This document shows, one piece after another, positions 47,177-57,053 of a stretch of DNA of 64,000 nt (its first letter is position 1; each line of letters opens with the position of its first letter). The position numbers were made by a program, and so were the translations under genes. Origin of the DNA: Bacteroidales bacterium (GTDB lineage Bacteria > Bacteroidota > Bacteroidia > Bacteroidales > UBA12077); assembly GCA_027859205.1 (NCBI GenBank), contig JAQIBH010000197.1, positions 3,717 through 67,716 on the forward strand, written 5' to 3'. The notes beneath the pieces are model-generated. The model saw only the letters and a program-made list of their open reading frames with translations, did not search any database and was not told the origin of the DNA.

Positions 47177-48370
47177 ATGCATAATACAGTAAAAGTTACA
47201 GATAAGATTCATTGGTTAGGTGCTAACGATCGCAGGACAAGTCTTTTCGAGAACATGTGGCCTATTCCAAATGGAGTATCATATAATTCCTATTTAATTG
47301 TTGATAAAAAAATTGCTTTGGTTGATACCATTGAATATGGTTCATCTGATGATTACATAGATAAGATTGAAAGTCTAATTGATGGTAAACCAATCGATTA
47401 TTTAATAATTAATCATATGGAACCAGATCATTCGGGTTCTATAAAAATGATTGTTGAAAAATATCCAAATATCAAGTTAGTTGGTAATTTAAAGACATTT
47501 AAGATTGTAGAATCGTATTTTGGATATCAAGACAAATGGTATCAAGTTGAAGATGGCGATGAATTGGATTTAGGATATCATAGATTGAAATTTATTATGA
47601 CTCCCTGGGTTCATTGGCCTGAAACAATGATGACTTATGAACTTACCGAGAAAGCACTTTTTTCGGGTGATGCTTTTGGTAGTTTTGGTGCATTAGATGG
47701 CGGTATTTTTGACGACGAAATAGAATTCGAAAGATATTACGAAGACGAAATGCGTCGTTACTATTCAAATATTGTAGGTAAATACAGTAATATGGTTCAA
47801 AAGGCTTTTAAAAAGCTTGACAGTTTCGATATTAAATATATTTGCGCTACGCATGGACCTATTTGGAGATCCGATGTAAATAAAGTGATTTTTTTATATG
47901 ATAAATGGAGTAAGTTAGAAGCCGAAGATGGTGTTGTAATTATTTATGGTTCGATGTATGGAAACACGGCAAAAATGGCCGATAGTATCGCACGAAAATT
48001 ATCAGAGCAAGGAATTAAAAAAATAAGAATCCATGATGCTTCAAAAACACATATATCATATTTAATTAGTGATATTTGGAGATATAAAGGTCTTATTTTA
48101 GGTAGTAGTGCATACAATTCGGGAATGTTACCTACAATGGAAAACTTAACGCGAACATTGGAACATATGGGTTTGAAAGACCGTTTTCTTGGATTATTCG
48201 GTTCGTATAGTTGGAATGGTGGCGGTGTAAAATCATTATTTAAATTTCAAGAAAACATTGGTTTGGATTTAGTTTCCGATCCTGTCGATACAAAAGGAAT
48301 TCCGGGTGATGAAGCATTTAATCGCTGCGATGCTATTGCCCTTGCGATGGCTGAAAAATTAAAAGCTTAA
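47177..48370 (+). CDS. fprA: FprA-family flavodiiron protein (O2/NO reductase)
   Basis: Metallo-beta-lactamase-like di-iron motif INHMEPDHSG plus a C-terminal flavodoxin domain (VVIIYGSMYGNT). The track start at 47171 is TTG and the ATG is at 47177. Confidence 0.9.
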   Translation: MHNTVKVTDKIHWLGANDRRTSLFENMWPIPNGVSYNSYLIVDKKIALVDTIEYGSSDDYIDKIESLIDGKPIDYLIINHMEPDHSGSIKMIVEKYPNIKLVGNLKTFKIVESYFGYQDKWYQVEDGDELDLGYHRLKFIMTPWVHWPETMMTYELTEKALFSGDAFGSFGALDGGIFDDEIEFERYYEDEMRRYYSNIVGKYSNMVQKAFKKLDSFDIKYICATHGPIWRSDVNKVIFLYDKWSKLEAEDGVVIIYGSMYGNTAKMADSIARKLSEQGIKKIRIHDASKTHISYLISDIWRYKGLILGSSAYNSGMLPTMENLTRTLEHMGLKDRFLGLFGSYSWNGGGVKSLFKFQENIGLDLVSDPVDTKGIPGDEAFNRCDAIALAMAEKLKA

Positions 48371-48388
48371 TATCATACGAAATATTGC

Positions 48389-48424
48389 AAGGACACTGGA
48401 AAGTAAATCAATGTCCTTTTTTTA
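48389..48424 (+). terminator. intrinsic terminator after fprA
   Basis: AAGGACAC...TGTCCTT stem followed by a T-run. Confidence 0.65.
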
Positions 48425-48475
48425 TTTATAATAATTCATAATCTTTATCTTTAAAATTTAATAATATAAAACATT

Positions 48476-48862
48476 ATGGAATTTAATTTAAAAAAGGGGA
48501 TAACTTATACAGCAAAACAAAAAGTAGAACGTAAAGATACTGCTGCACAATATGGTTCTGGATTAGTTGAAGTATTTGCAACGCCGGCTATGATTGCTTT
48601 AATGGAAAATGCTGCTATGAATACTGTATTACCATATTTAGATGAAGAACATAATACTGTTGGTTTTGAGGTAAACGTGAGGCACTTAAAACCAACTCCT
48701 GTTGGAATGCAAGTAGAATGTACTGCCACATTAATCGAAGCGGAAGGAAAAAAACTCGTATTTAAGCTGGAAGCAAAAGATGAAGAAGGAAAAATAGGAG
48801 AGGGTTCACACATTCGCTATATTATAAACTCGAAAATGTTTATGCAAACCCTCAACAAATAA
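48476..48862 (+). CDS. hotdog-fold thioesterase family protein
   Basis: 128 aa with the typical size and pattern of small acyl-CoA thioesterases (VFATPAMIALMENAA...GFEVNVRHLKPTPVG). Confidence 0.65.
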   Translation: MEFNLKKGITYTAKQKVERKDTAAQYGSGLVEVFATPAMIALMENAAMNTVLPYLDEEHNTVGFEVNVRHLKPTPVGMQVECTATLIEAEGKKLVFKLEAKDEEGKIGEGSHIRYIINSKMFMQTLNK

Positions 48863-48954
48863 ATATTCTAATAATCTGAGTTCTATTTTAAAAGTACTTG
48901 TAAATAACTGAATTAGTGATAATAAGAGTTATAAAACTAGGTATTAAGTACAAA

Positions 48955-49033
48955 GTATCAAGACACAAGATTATTTTTCTTGATACTTGACTGTTGTTAG
49001 GAATACTTGATTCTAATATCTTGATTCTTTTCA
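48955..49033. repeat. CTTGAT-based hairpin and direct repeats (family D)
   Basis: GTATCAAGA (48955-48963) pairs perfectly with TCTTGATAC (48978-48986). It is followed by ACTTGATTCT and ATCTTGATTCT direct repeats. Confidence 0.7.
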
Positions 49034-49094
49034 CTACATAATTCTTTAACATGTATATTTGTTATTTTTTGTCAATATTATCCGATAAAAGTAT

Positions 49095-49184
49095 ATGGAC
49101 TAAAGTCCATCAATAAGTTAAGTTTTGTAACTCCAGCCTTAAGGCTGGGGTTATCAAACTAACAAGTCATTTGGGCTTTAGCCC
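49095..49184. repeat. three-hairpin composite palindromic element (family B), copy 2
   Basis: ATGGAC-TAAA-GTCCAT (49095-49110), then TAACTCCAGCCTTAAGGCTGGGGTTAT (49128-49154), then GGGC-TTTA-GCCC (49173-49184). The order and loop sequences match copy 1. Confidence 0.8.
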
Positions 49185-49284
49185 TTTTATTTAACTTTTT
49201 TTCGGACAATAGTGATTTTTTGTATAAAAATATAGATAAGATTAATTACCTATAGCTAAATGCAAAAGTCTAACTGCTAAATTT

Positions 49285-50454
49285 ATGAAATATAATTTCG
49301 ACGAAATAGTAAACAGGAAAAATACCGATTCCGTAAAATACGATTTACGTAAGGTAATATTTGAGAAAGAAGATGTAATTCCAATGTGGGTTGCCGATAT
49401 GGATTTTAAAACTCCTGATTTTATTATAAATGCATTAAAAGAACGCTTAAATCATGAAGTATTTGGTTATAGTTTCCGATCTAAATCATATTTCAAATCA
49501 ATAATTAATTGGTTAAAACGTCGTCATAATTGGGAAGTGCAAGAAGAATGGATATCGTTTAGCCCCGGAATTGTTCCAGCTATTAATATGGCTGTAATGG
49601 CATACACTAAACCTGGCGATAAAATTATTATTCAACCTCCTGTATATTTTCCATTCTTTTCGGCAATTGAAAATAACAATCGTGTATTGCTTAAAAATCC
49701 ATTAAAGTTGACCAATGGACGATATTGTATTGATTTTGATGATCTTGAGGGAAAGCTAAAAGAATCAAAAATGATTATTATTTCAAATCCGCATAATCCG
49801 GGTGGATCTGTATGGACAAAAAAAGAATTGAAAAGATTAGGAGATTTGTGTGTTGAAAATAATGTTACCATATTATCTGATGAGATTCATGCCGATTTAG
49901 TATTTAAGGATTTTAAGTTTACTCCATTGGCTTCTGTTTCAAAGGAAATTTCGGACATTACTGTTACTTTTATTGCTCCAAGCAAAACTTTTAATTTGGC
50001 TGCTTTGGCCACATCATCGCTTATTTGCACAAATAAAGAATTAAAAGATAAATACGATAAAGTTTTAGATGCAGTGCATGTAGGAATGGGTAATGTGTTT
50101 GGAGCTGTTGCATCGGAAGCTGCTTATAATTATGGTGACAATTGGTTAGATCAACTCATGGAATATTTATCGGGAAATTTAGATTATTTAGAGAAATATT
50201 TAAGTGAAAATATATCACTTGTAAAAATGCTGCGCCCAGAGGGTACATACTTAGTGTGGCTCGATTGTTCTGGATTAAAAATGACTGATGAAGAATTAAA
50301 AGATTTTATGATTCAAAAAGCAGGCTTAGGATTAAATGCTGGAACTATGTTTGGAACAGAAGGTAAAGGATTCATGCGAATAAATATTGCTTGCTCTATA
50401 CAAACTCTTAAAGATGCATTAGTTCGTTTAGAAAAAGCTGTAAATAATTTATAA
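49285..50454 (+). CDS. PatB/MalY-type PLP-dependent C-S lyase (cystathionine beta-lyase-like aminotransferase)
   Basis: 389 aa class I/II aminotransferase fold with the PLP-Lys context APSKTFNLA. The N-terminus (DEIVNRKNTDSVKYD) is typical of MalY/PatB. Confidence 0.85.
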   Translation: MKYNFDEIVNRKNTDSVKYDLRKVIFEKEDVIPMWVADMDFKTPDFIINALKERLNHEVFGYSFRSKSYFKSIINWLKRRHNWEVQEEWISFSPGIVPAINMAVMAYTKPGDKIIIQPPVYFPFFSAIENNNRVLLKNPLKLTNGRYCIDFDDLEGKLKESKMIIISNPHNPGGSVWTKKELKRLGDLCVENNVTILSDEIHADLVFKDFKFTPLASVSKEISDITVTFIAPSKTFNLAALATSSLICTNKELKDKYDKVLDAVHVGMGNVFGAVASEAAYNYGDNWLDQLMEYLSGNLDYLEKYLSENISLVKMLRPEGTYLVWLDCSGLKMTDEELKDFMIQKAGLGLNAGTMFGTEGKGFMRINIACSIQTLKDALVRLEKAVNNL

Positions 50455-50458
50455 AATT

Positions 50459-50767
50459 ATGGCTGAAAAAGGATTTAATTTAAAAGTTCTTATCCCGACA
50501 GACGATGGGATATTAATTTCGGAGAAAGTAATTGAAAGTGCCAGCCATTATTTAATGTATAATGTAAGTAATAGGAGTTATCAGCTGGCAGGAAAGATAA
50601 ATGTTTCGGAATTCATAAAAGATGACGAAGATTTTTCTGCTAAAATAGATGAGCTGATATTACATTATAAAATTGATAATGTAATAGATTTTAAAGATTT
50701 TCCACATAAGGAAATTAATGAAATATTAAATGAACTAATCGATGTAATAGATAAAAAAACGAGCTAA
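50459..50767 (+). CDS. hypothetical protein (weak NifX/NifB-fold-like N-terminus)
   Basis: 102 aa, starting 4 nt after the lyase gene. KVLIPTDDGILISE...YLMYNV weakly recalls the NifX/NifB-type family. The functional call is very tentative. Confidence 0.4.
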   Translation: MAEKGFNLKVLIPTDDGILISEKVIESASHYLMYNVSNRSYQLAGKINVSEFIKDDEDFSAKIDELILHYKIDNVIDFKDFPHKEINEILNELIDVIDKKTS

Positions 50768-50785
50768 TTATTATTAGCTCGTTTT
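50756..50785. terminator. bidirectional terminator between convergent genes
   Basis: AAAACGAGCTAAT pairs perfectly with ATTAGCTCGTTTT. The stop codon of 50459..50767 lies inside the stem. Confidence 0.7.
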
Positions 50786-50802
50786 ATTATTTTTGAAAAC
50801 TT

Positions 50803-52557
50803 TTATTTCTTCTTTTTTTCTTTCTTAGTTTCATTTTCGTCTTCATCTTCATCCAACGCAGAAACTAGTCCACCCGTTAAATTACCATCAAGTTTTTTAA
50901 TAAATGATTCCTGTTGTTTTTTAAATTTTTTGAACTCATCAACCTGTTTCTCAAGCTCAGCTTCTCTTCTCGCCGATTCTTCTTGAGTAGCTTGAAGCTC
51001 TTCCATATTCTGTCGCATTTCTTCTTCTTGAGCTCTCATTTCTTCAGCTTGTTGTCGTGTTTGTTCTAACAAATTTGTTGTGCGAATGTTTACTTTAACT
51101 GTTGATAGTGTAGAAGCAATATTTTCACCAACTTTTTCAACGAACTCAATTTGATATTTTTCAAACTCCTTAAAAGAAGCCATTTCTATTACACCATAAA
51201 CTATCTCGTTTATAACTAATGGAACAATTAAAATGCTTTTAGGACTTTCATCGCCTAACCCTGAAGTTATTGTAATATAGTTTTCCGGAATATCAGTAAT
51301 GTAAATTGTTTCTGCTTCCTGAACTGCTCTACCTATTAAGCCAACACCTAGTTCTATTTTATTTTCAAGGAATTTTTTACGATCGAATGCATATGCAGCA
51401 CTCATTTCTATGAATACGTTTTTTTCATCATCATTGTTTACTACAAATAAACCTCCTTGATTGGCATCACAATATTTAACTAAATTACTGATTATTTCAT
51501 ATGAAAGCTTTTCTATGTCATCATTATTTTGTCGCAATATATCACTGTATTTAGCAATTCCTTGAGATGCCCAATTTCTTTGATCATCTTCTTTTTTTCT
51601 CCTTGTTTCCTCTTCTGTTGCATGTTTTAAGTTGGTGCGCATCTCAAGTAAAGCATTTCCTAAATTGTCTTCCTCACTTAAAGGTACAAACGGACTTTCA
51701 AAATTTCCTTTGCCAATTTCAATTGAAAAATCAGTTGTTTCTTTTAATCCCATAATAAGAGCATTTAGAGCAGCAGCCATTTCTCCAATTTCATCGTTTC
51801 GTTCTTTTATTTGTTTTTTTGGCATTTCACCATTACCCATTTGAATTAGAACATTCTTAATTTTCTTAATAGGTTTAATAACTATTTGGGCTAGTATTAA
51901 AGCAATAATAATCGAAATAAATACTAATATAACACCCGATGCGAAGATAAAATTTTCAAGATTTCTAAAAGAATCATCCATATGTTGTCTTGCATTTTCA
52001 ACCTTACTTTTATGTATTTCGACTAGATTTTCTAACTGTTCAATAATATTGTCGCTTAAGATAATAATTTCACCTCCATCTTCAATCTTAGGGTAAATAT
52101 CATTTCTAAGCATTTCTGTATTACTATAATTTTCAGATGTACTTAATTTATTCATAATATTCTGATGCATTATAAATAAAGTATCACTTATCGAAACATA
52201 AATTTGCTCATAAGATTCTTTTTCCTCATCAGCCCATTTATGGGATAAATTTAAAATTTGTTCATTTAATTTTGGAAGGTTAACACGATATAGTTCTCTT
52301 AGTTGAATTTTATCATTATTATCTGTTTGGGTTTCTACATATACCCAGTTTTTAATAAGCATTTTTGATGTAACCAACATATTGGATAGTTCAGCTAATA
52401 AATTAGCAGAAGGATCATAAACAGTAGAAATTTCTTGGTTTATTTCAAGACTTTTTTTAAGATTACTGTTAATAAGAAGAATGTTAATAAATAAAGCAAC
52501 AGTAATAATACCAAACCCTAATACTAATTTTTTTGCAATGGTAAATTTGAAATTCAT
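50803..52557 (-). CDS. membrane sensor protein: helical periplasmic module, HAMP, GAF and a C-terminal coiled coil; no recognisable output domain
   Basis: Two TM helices flank an approximately 180-aa helical domain. These are followed by HAMP (IKPIKKIKNVL...NDEIGEMAAALNALIMGL), GAF (DIEKLSYEIISNLVKY...LIVPLVINEIVYGVIEMASF), then a Glu/Gln-rich coiled coil and a KKEKKKK tail. Confidence 0.75.
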   Translation of the reverse strand: MNFKFTIAKKLVLGFGIITVALFINILLINSNLKKSLEINQEISTVYDPSANLLAELSNMLVTSKMLIKNWVYVETQTDNNDKIQLRELYRVNLPKLNEQILNLSHKWADEEKESYEQIYVSISDTLFIMHQNIMNKLSTSENYSNTEMLRNDIYPKIEDGGEIIILSDNIIEQLENLVEIHKSKVENARQHMDDSFRNLENFIFASGVILVFISIIIALILAQIVIKPIKKIKNVLIQMGNGEMPKKQIKERNDEIGEMAAALNALIMGLKETTDFSIEIGKGNFESPFVPLSEEDNLGNALLEMRTNLKHATEEETRRKKEDDQRNWASQGIAKYSDILRQNNDDIEKLSYEIISNLVKYCDANQGGLFVVNNDDEKNVFIEMSAAYAFDRKKFLENKIELGVGLIGRAVQEAETIYITDIPENYITITSGLGDESPKSILIVPLVINEIVYGVIEMASFKEFEKYQIEFVEKVGENIASTLSTVKVNIRTTNLLEQTRQQAEEMRAQEEEMRQNMEELQATQEESARREAELEKQVDEFKKFKKQQESFIKKLDGNLTGGLVSALDEDEDENETKKEKKKK

Positions 52558-52702
52558 AACTTGGTTATTGAGTGAAAATTCATTACGATTCTAAGATAAG
52601 AATATTTTTTTTAGATAGTTTAAAAATAGATTTTTTCTTGGGAATATTTTTAAAACAACAAAAAAAACAGTGATTTATAATTAAGAGCATATAATCAATT
52701 TA

Positions 52703-53470
52703 TTATAAAACAGATTTTTTAAAAATTGAGTCGGAATAACTTATATTCTGTAAATATAATCCATGTGCAGGAACAGAAACTCCGGCATCCGACCGATTTT
52801 TACTTTCAATTATTTGTATAAAATCCTTAAGTGTAATTTTCTTTTTTCCTATATCAATTAATGTTCCAACAATAGCACGAACCATATTTCGTAAAAATCG
52901 ATCGGCGGTTATTGTAAACCTTAGTTCATGCTCTTCCAGAGTCCAAAAGGCATGAGTAATTTTACAATTATTCGTTTTTACATCGGTATGTAATTTGCTA
53001 AAACTTGTAAAATCTGTAAACAAAGGTAAAAGTTCGCATGCTTTATTCATTAAATCAAGATCTAATATTTGCTGTAAAAAGTAAGATGACTCAATCAAAA
53101 ATGGATCTTTTTCTTGATGTATAAAATATTGATAAGTCCTGTTAATTGCATCAAATCGGGCGTGAGCATCATTATTTACTTGAAATATTTTTTGTATTGC
53201 AATATCTTTTGGTAAAAAGCCATTAATTTTAAATAGTAATTTGGTATCATTTTGAATATCTGATTTAACAGAATCAAAATGAGCAATAAAGAAACTGGCA
53301 TGAACACCTGTATCGGTACGGCCTGCACCTGTAATTTCTAGATTTTCTTTTAAAATAATCGAAAAGGCATTTGTTAAAATTTCTTGCACAGTAATTGCAT
53401 TTGGTTGAATTTGCCAACCGTGATAATTTGTTCCTTTATAACATAGTTGTATAAAATATCTGAATTTCAT
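52703..53470 (-). CDS. truA: tRNA pseudouridine(38-40) synthase TruA
   Basis: MKFRYFIQLCYKGTNYHGWQIQ and the catalytic motif GAGRTDTGVHA. The track ORF extends to 53515 and the likely start is the ATG at 53468-53470. Confidence 0.9.
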   Translation of the reverse strand: MKFRYFIQLCYKGTNYHGWQIQPNAITVQEILTNAFSIILKENLEITGAGRTDTGVHASFFIAHFDSVKSDIQNDTKLLFKINGFLPKDIAIQKIFQVNNDAHARFDAINRTYQYFIHQEKDPFLIESSYFLQQILDLDLMNKACELLPLFTDFTSFSKLHTDVKTNNCKITHAFWTLEEHELRFTITADRFLRNMVRAIVGTLIDIGKKKITLKDFIQIIESKNRSDAGVSVPAHGLYLQNISYSDSIFKKSVL

Positions 53471-53579
53471 ATAAAGAAAATGGGTATTGGTAAACATTTT
53501 TAATAGTGTAATCAAAAATAAGGATTATAATTTAATATCAGTCAAACTCACCAGCTTTAGCTTCGTATATAAATTAAAT

Positions 53580-55190
53580 ATGGGTAAAAACAAGGAGTTT
53601 AATCGCGATTTATCAATGAAAGAGCCAATTTATAGGGTAAAAAAGGTACAAAAACGGTTTTTTGGAAAAGAACCTTATACGAAAGCTGAAAATTCAAATG
53701 AAACAAATCCTTTTTTAATGCATAATAATTCAAATATAGCTGAGATTACTTGGGATAGTATTTATAATTCCTTAAGTATTATGCTCCTCATTTTAGACGA
53801 AAAAGGAAGATCAGTGAACTGTAATAGTGCTTTTAGAAAATATATTAAGCAACCAAAGAAGAAAATTATTGGTAATTTTCTTCTTGAAATATTATACGGT
53901 AAAGGAAATCACCCTCATAATAATGTAATAAATACAACAGAAATTACTAAGAAAAGACAATCTGAAGAAATAAAAGTAAAGAATAAGTGGTTAAAAATAT
54001 CTGCTGATCCTGTTCTTAATCGAAAGAAAAAAATCAAAAATATTATTATTGTTTTAAAAGATATAACAGAAAGTAAAAACAATATTTTTGAGCTTGAACT
54101 CCGAGAAAAAAAATTTAAAGACATAGTAGAACTATCTAATATTGCTATAGAAACGGAAGATATTGAGGGTAATTTAATCTATTTTAATAATCAATTTTCT
54201 GAATTATTTGGTTACACCGAAACTGAAATTAAAAATATAACTCATCGTGAATTGATTCATCCTGAGGATTTGCAAATGGTAACAGGAATACATGACAATA
54301 GAGTAAATGGACAGAAACAGCCCTCTCGTTATGAATATAGAGGAATAAAGAAAAATAAAGATATAATATACATTGACATTTCTGTTATAAATATAATTGA
54401 GGAAAATGGAAAAATAATTGGTACTCGTTCTTATTTAAGAGATATTACTGAGCGTAAAAAATTTATTCTAGATTTAGAATCTGCTTTGGATAGGGCAAAA
54501 GAATCTGATCGATTAAAATCTTCTTTCTTAGGAAATATTAGTCATGAAATTAGAACTCCGTTAAATGGTATTATGGGATTTTCAAAGCTTCTGGAAAGGA
54601 AAGGAATTACAGATACGGAAAGTAAAAGCTATGGGAAAATTATTAATAGTTGTTCAAATCAACTTTTTACCATTATGCGGGATATTTTAGATATTTCAAA
54701 AATCGAAACTGGGCAAATTGAAATTAACAAAAAAACTTTCAACTTGAACGATATTATAGAACTAATATATTTACGTTTCCAACCACAATTTAAATTAAAG
54801 GGAATTGAATATATTTTGACTATTAATCCATCCGAGTTAAATGTAGAGCTAAACACAGATATTGGTAAACTTGACCAAATACTTTCTAATTTATTAAATA
54901 ATGCTTTAAAATTTACGCATAAGGGGAGTGTTGAATTGAGTTGTTTTGTAAAAGCAGATTGTGTAGAGTTTTATGTAAAGGATACTGGAATTGGGGTTGA
55001 TAAATCAATGCAAGGAAAAATATTTGATAGATTCCGACAAGCCGAACTAGTAATTTCAAAAAAGTATGATGGAAATGGTTTGGGATTATCAATTTGCAAG
55101 GGTTTGGTTAAATTATTAGGTGGTCAAATTGGCGTTGAATCTGAAAAAGGACAGGGTTCTACTTTTTATTTCACTATTCCTTTTAATTAG
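53580..55190 (+). CDS. cytoplasmic PAS-PAS sensor histidine kinase
   Basis: Two PAS-like segments, the H-box FLGNISHEIRTPLNG and HATPase N/G boxes (LLNNALKFT, DTGIGV, GNGLGLSI). The start is uncertain: the track TTG is at 53487 and ATGs are at 53580 and 53616. Confidence 0.85.
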   Translation: MGKNKEFNRDLSMKEPIYRVKKVQKRFFGKEPYTKAENSNETNPFLMHNNSNIAEITWDSIYNSLSIMLLILDEKGRSVNCNSAFRKYIKQPKKKIIGNFLLEILYGKGNHPHNNVINTTEITKKRQSEEIKVKNKWLKISADPVLNRKKKIKNIIIVLKDITESKNNIFELELREKKFKDIVELSNIAIETEDIEGNLIYFNNQFSELFGYTETEIKNITHRELIHPEDLQMVTGIHDNRVNGQKQPSRYEYRGIKKNKDIIYIDISVINIIEENGKIIGTRSYLRDITERKKFILDLESALDRAKESDRLKSSFLGNISHEIRTPLNGIMGFSKLLERKGITDTESKSYGKIINSCSNQLFTIMRDILDISKIETGQIEINKKTFNLNDIIELIYLRFQPQFKLKGIEYILTINPSELNVELNTDIGKLDQILSNLLNNALKFTHKGSVELSCFVKADCVEFYVKDTGIGVDKSMQGKIFDRFRQAELVISKKYDGNGLGLSICKGLVKLLGGQIGVESEKGQGSTFYFTIPFN

Positions 55191-55433
55191 TAATTAGGAT
55201 ATTCTGAAATTGCTTCACAAATTACGCGTGGCCTTAAACAAAAATCAAATAAAAACCATTTTCCCAAATCATTTGTTTTCAAGGTATAGTTTCATGTTTG
55301 AATGTAATAAATAGTTTCGTAAATGGAGTTTTGGGTTTTGAATTCCTTCATTTCGCAAGTAAGTATCTGGACTTTACGTTTTGAATTTTAAAGTTTTCTT
55401 GACGAACTAATTAACACTAATCAATTTCAATTA

Positions 55434-55441
55434 TAAATTTG
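55434..55441 (+). promoter_or_regulatory. candidate -7 promoter element (TAnnTTTG) upstream of the Bat operon
   Basis: TAAATTTG lies about 160 nt upstream of the moxR ATG. Confidence 0.25.
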
Positions 55442-55603
55442 TATTTGTTATTAATAATTACTTATAATTTCTTAAAATCCTTTAACATTTTTTAACACAT
55501 AATTAAACTATCATTGTACCGGTTTTACAATGACAGAAGTAGAATTATTTCAATTATTTTTTAACAAAATTATTTTTATGTATCTTTTCAAAAATTATAA
55601 ACT

Positions 55604-56599
55604 ATGAACGAGACAGTTGACGTGAAAGAACTGAATGATCGAATAGAGAAGGAAAGTTCGTTTGTTGATATGATTAAAATGGAAATGGGCAAGGTGATTA
55701 TTGGTCAAAAGCACCTTATTGACTCTCTTTTAATTGGACTTCTTTCTGATGGTCATATCTTACTTGAAGGTGTACCCGGCTTAGCAAAAACTTTAGCTAT
55801 TAATACCTTAGCAAGTATAGTAGATGTAAATTTTAGTCGTATTCAATTTACTCCTGATTTATTACCTGCTGATTTGGTTGGCACAATGATTTATAGTCAG
55901 AAAAAGGAGGAGTTTCATGTTAAAAAGGGTCCTCTTTTTACAAACTTTGTTTTAGCCGATGAAATTAACCGTTCCCCTGCAAAAGTGCAAAGTGCTTTAC
56001 TTGAAGCAATGCAGGAGCGGCAGGTTACTATTGGTGAAGAAACATATCAGTTACCTCAACCGTTTTTAGTAATGGCAACTCAAAATCCAATAGAACAAGA
56101 AGGTACTTATCCATTGCCAGAAGCACAAGTTGACCGTTTTATGCTAAAAGTAGTGGTTGATTATCCTAAATTCGAAGAGGAAAAATTAATTGTTCGTGAA
56201 AATATTGCTAAAGAATTTCCAAAAGCAAACACTATTCTAAAACCTCAAAATATTATTGATGCACGAAATGTTGTAAAAGACGTGTATATTGATGAGAAAA
56301 TTGAGCGATATATTTTAGATATTGTATTTGCAACAAGATTTCCGGAAAAATATAATTTAGAGAAATTTGCTTCGATGATTAATTACGGAGGTTCTCCTCG
56401 TGCAAGTATTAATTTAGCTATGGCTTCAAAAGCTTATGCTTTTATTAAGCGAAGAGGTTATGTAATTCCTGAAGATGTACGTGCAGTATGTCACGATGTA
56501 TTACGTCATAGAATTGGACTTTCATATGAAGCCGAAGCAGAAAATGTAAGCTCTGAAGATATTATTACGGAAATTCTAAATACGGTTGAAGTTCCTTAA
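55604..56599 (+). CDS. MoxR-family AAA+ ATPase
   Basis: Walker A (LEGVPGLAKT), Walker B (LADEINR) and the typical MoxR C-terminus. It is the first gene of the Bat operon. Confidence 0.9.
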   Translation: MNETVDVKELNDRIEKESSFVDMIKMEMGKVIIGQKHLIDSLLIGLLSDGHILLEGVPGLAKTLAINTLASIVDVNFSRIQFTPDLLPADLVGTMIYSQKKEEFHVKKGPLFTNFVLADEINRSPAKVQSALLEAMQERQVTIGEETYQLPQPFLVMATQNPIEQEGTYPLPEAQVDRFMLKVVVDYPKFEEEKLIVRENIAKEFPKANTILKPQNIIDARNVVKDVYIDEKIERYILDIVFATRFPEKYNLEKFASMINYGGSPRASINLAMASKAYAFIKRRGYVIPEDVRAVCHDVLRHRIGLSYEAEAENVSSEDIITEILNTVEVP

Positions 56600-56615
56600 T
56601 GTTTCATCTGTTTTT

Positions 56616-57026
56616 ATGAAAAAAATAATTGTACTTCTGTTAATTGTAATTTCGAGCTTAAGCGTTCTTGGTCAAAGTTTTGTGGGTAAACACAAGTTAG
56701 AGATCAAAAAAGAGATGAAAGAAAAATACAAAGAATTCTATTTCTCAAAAGAAGTCTTAGGAAAAAGTAATTTCATCAAATTTGAAGATTTCGATGGTTA
56801 TCGTACATATCTATTCGTGTTAAACGAAGATGGATATTGTAGATATCAAATGTTAATGTGTGATTATACTCTATTAAAAAAGACAATAGATGCACTTAAC
56901 CAAAATTTTGAGTACAAGGAAAACTTGGTCTGGTATGATTATACTTCCGGAAAAGAAAACTTTGTTATAAAGATCAAAAAAGAAGAATGGTATTTTTCTG
57001 TGATTACAAGGAAGCTCGAAGATTAA
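56616..57026 (+). CDS. small secreted hypothetical protein
   Basis: The ATG at 56616 gives MKKIIVLLLIVISSLSVLGQ (signal peptide). It is inserted between the moxR and DUF58 genes. Confidence 0.5.
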   Translation: MKKIIVLLLIVISSLSVLGQSFVGKHKLEIKKEMKEKYKEFYFSKEVLGKSNFIKFEDFDGYRTYLFVLNEDGYCRYQMLMCDYTLLKKTIDALNQNFEYKENLVWYDYTSGKENFVIKIKKEEWYFSVITRKLED

Positions 57027-57053
57027 AGACTGATGTATAACCAATAAAATTAA

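Noticed and set aside
48505-48813. 102-aa antisense ORF covering almost the whole thioesterase gene
   Set aside because: The sense frame gives a coherent hotdog-fold-like protein with an ATG start and a downstream gap. The antisense product has no start context or motif. A long antisense frame in an AT-rich genome is slightly unexpected, but on its own it is insufficient evidence for a gene.
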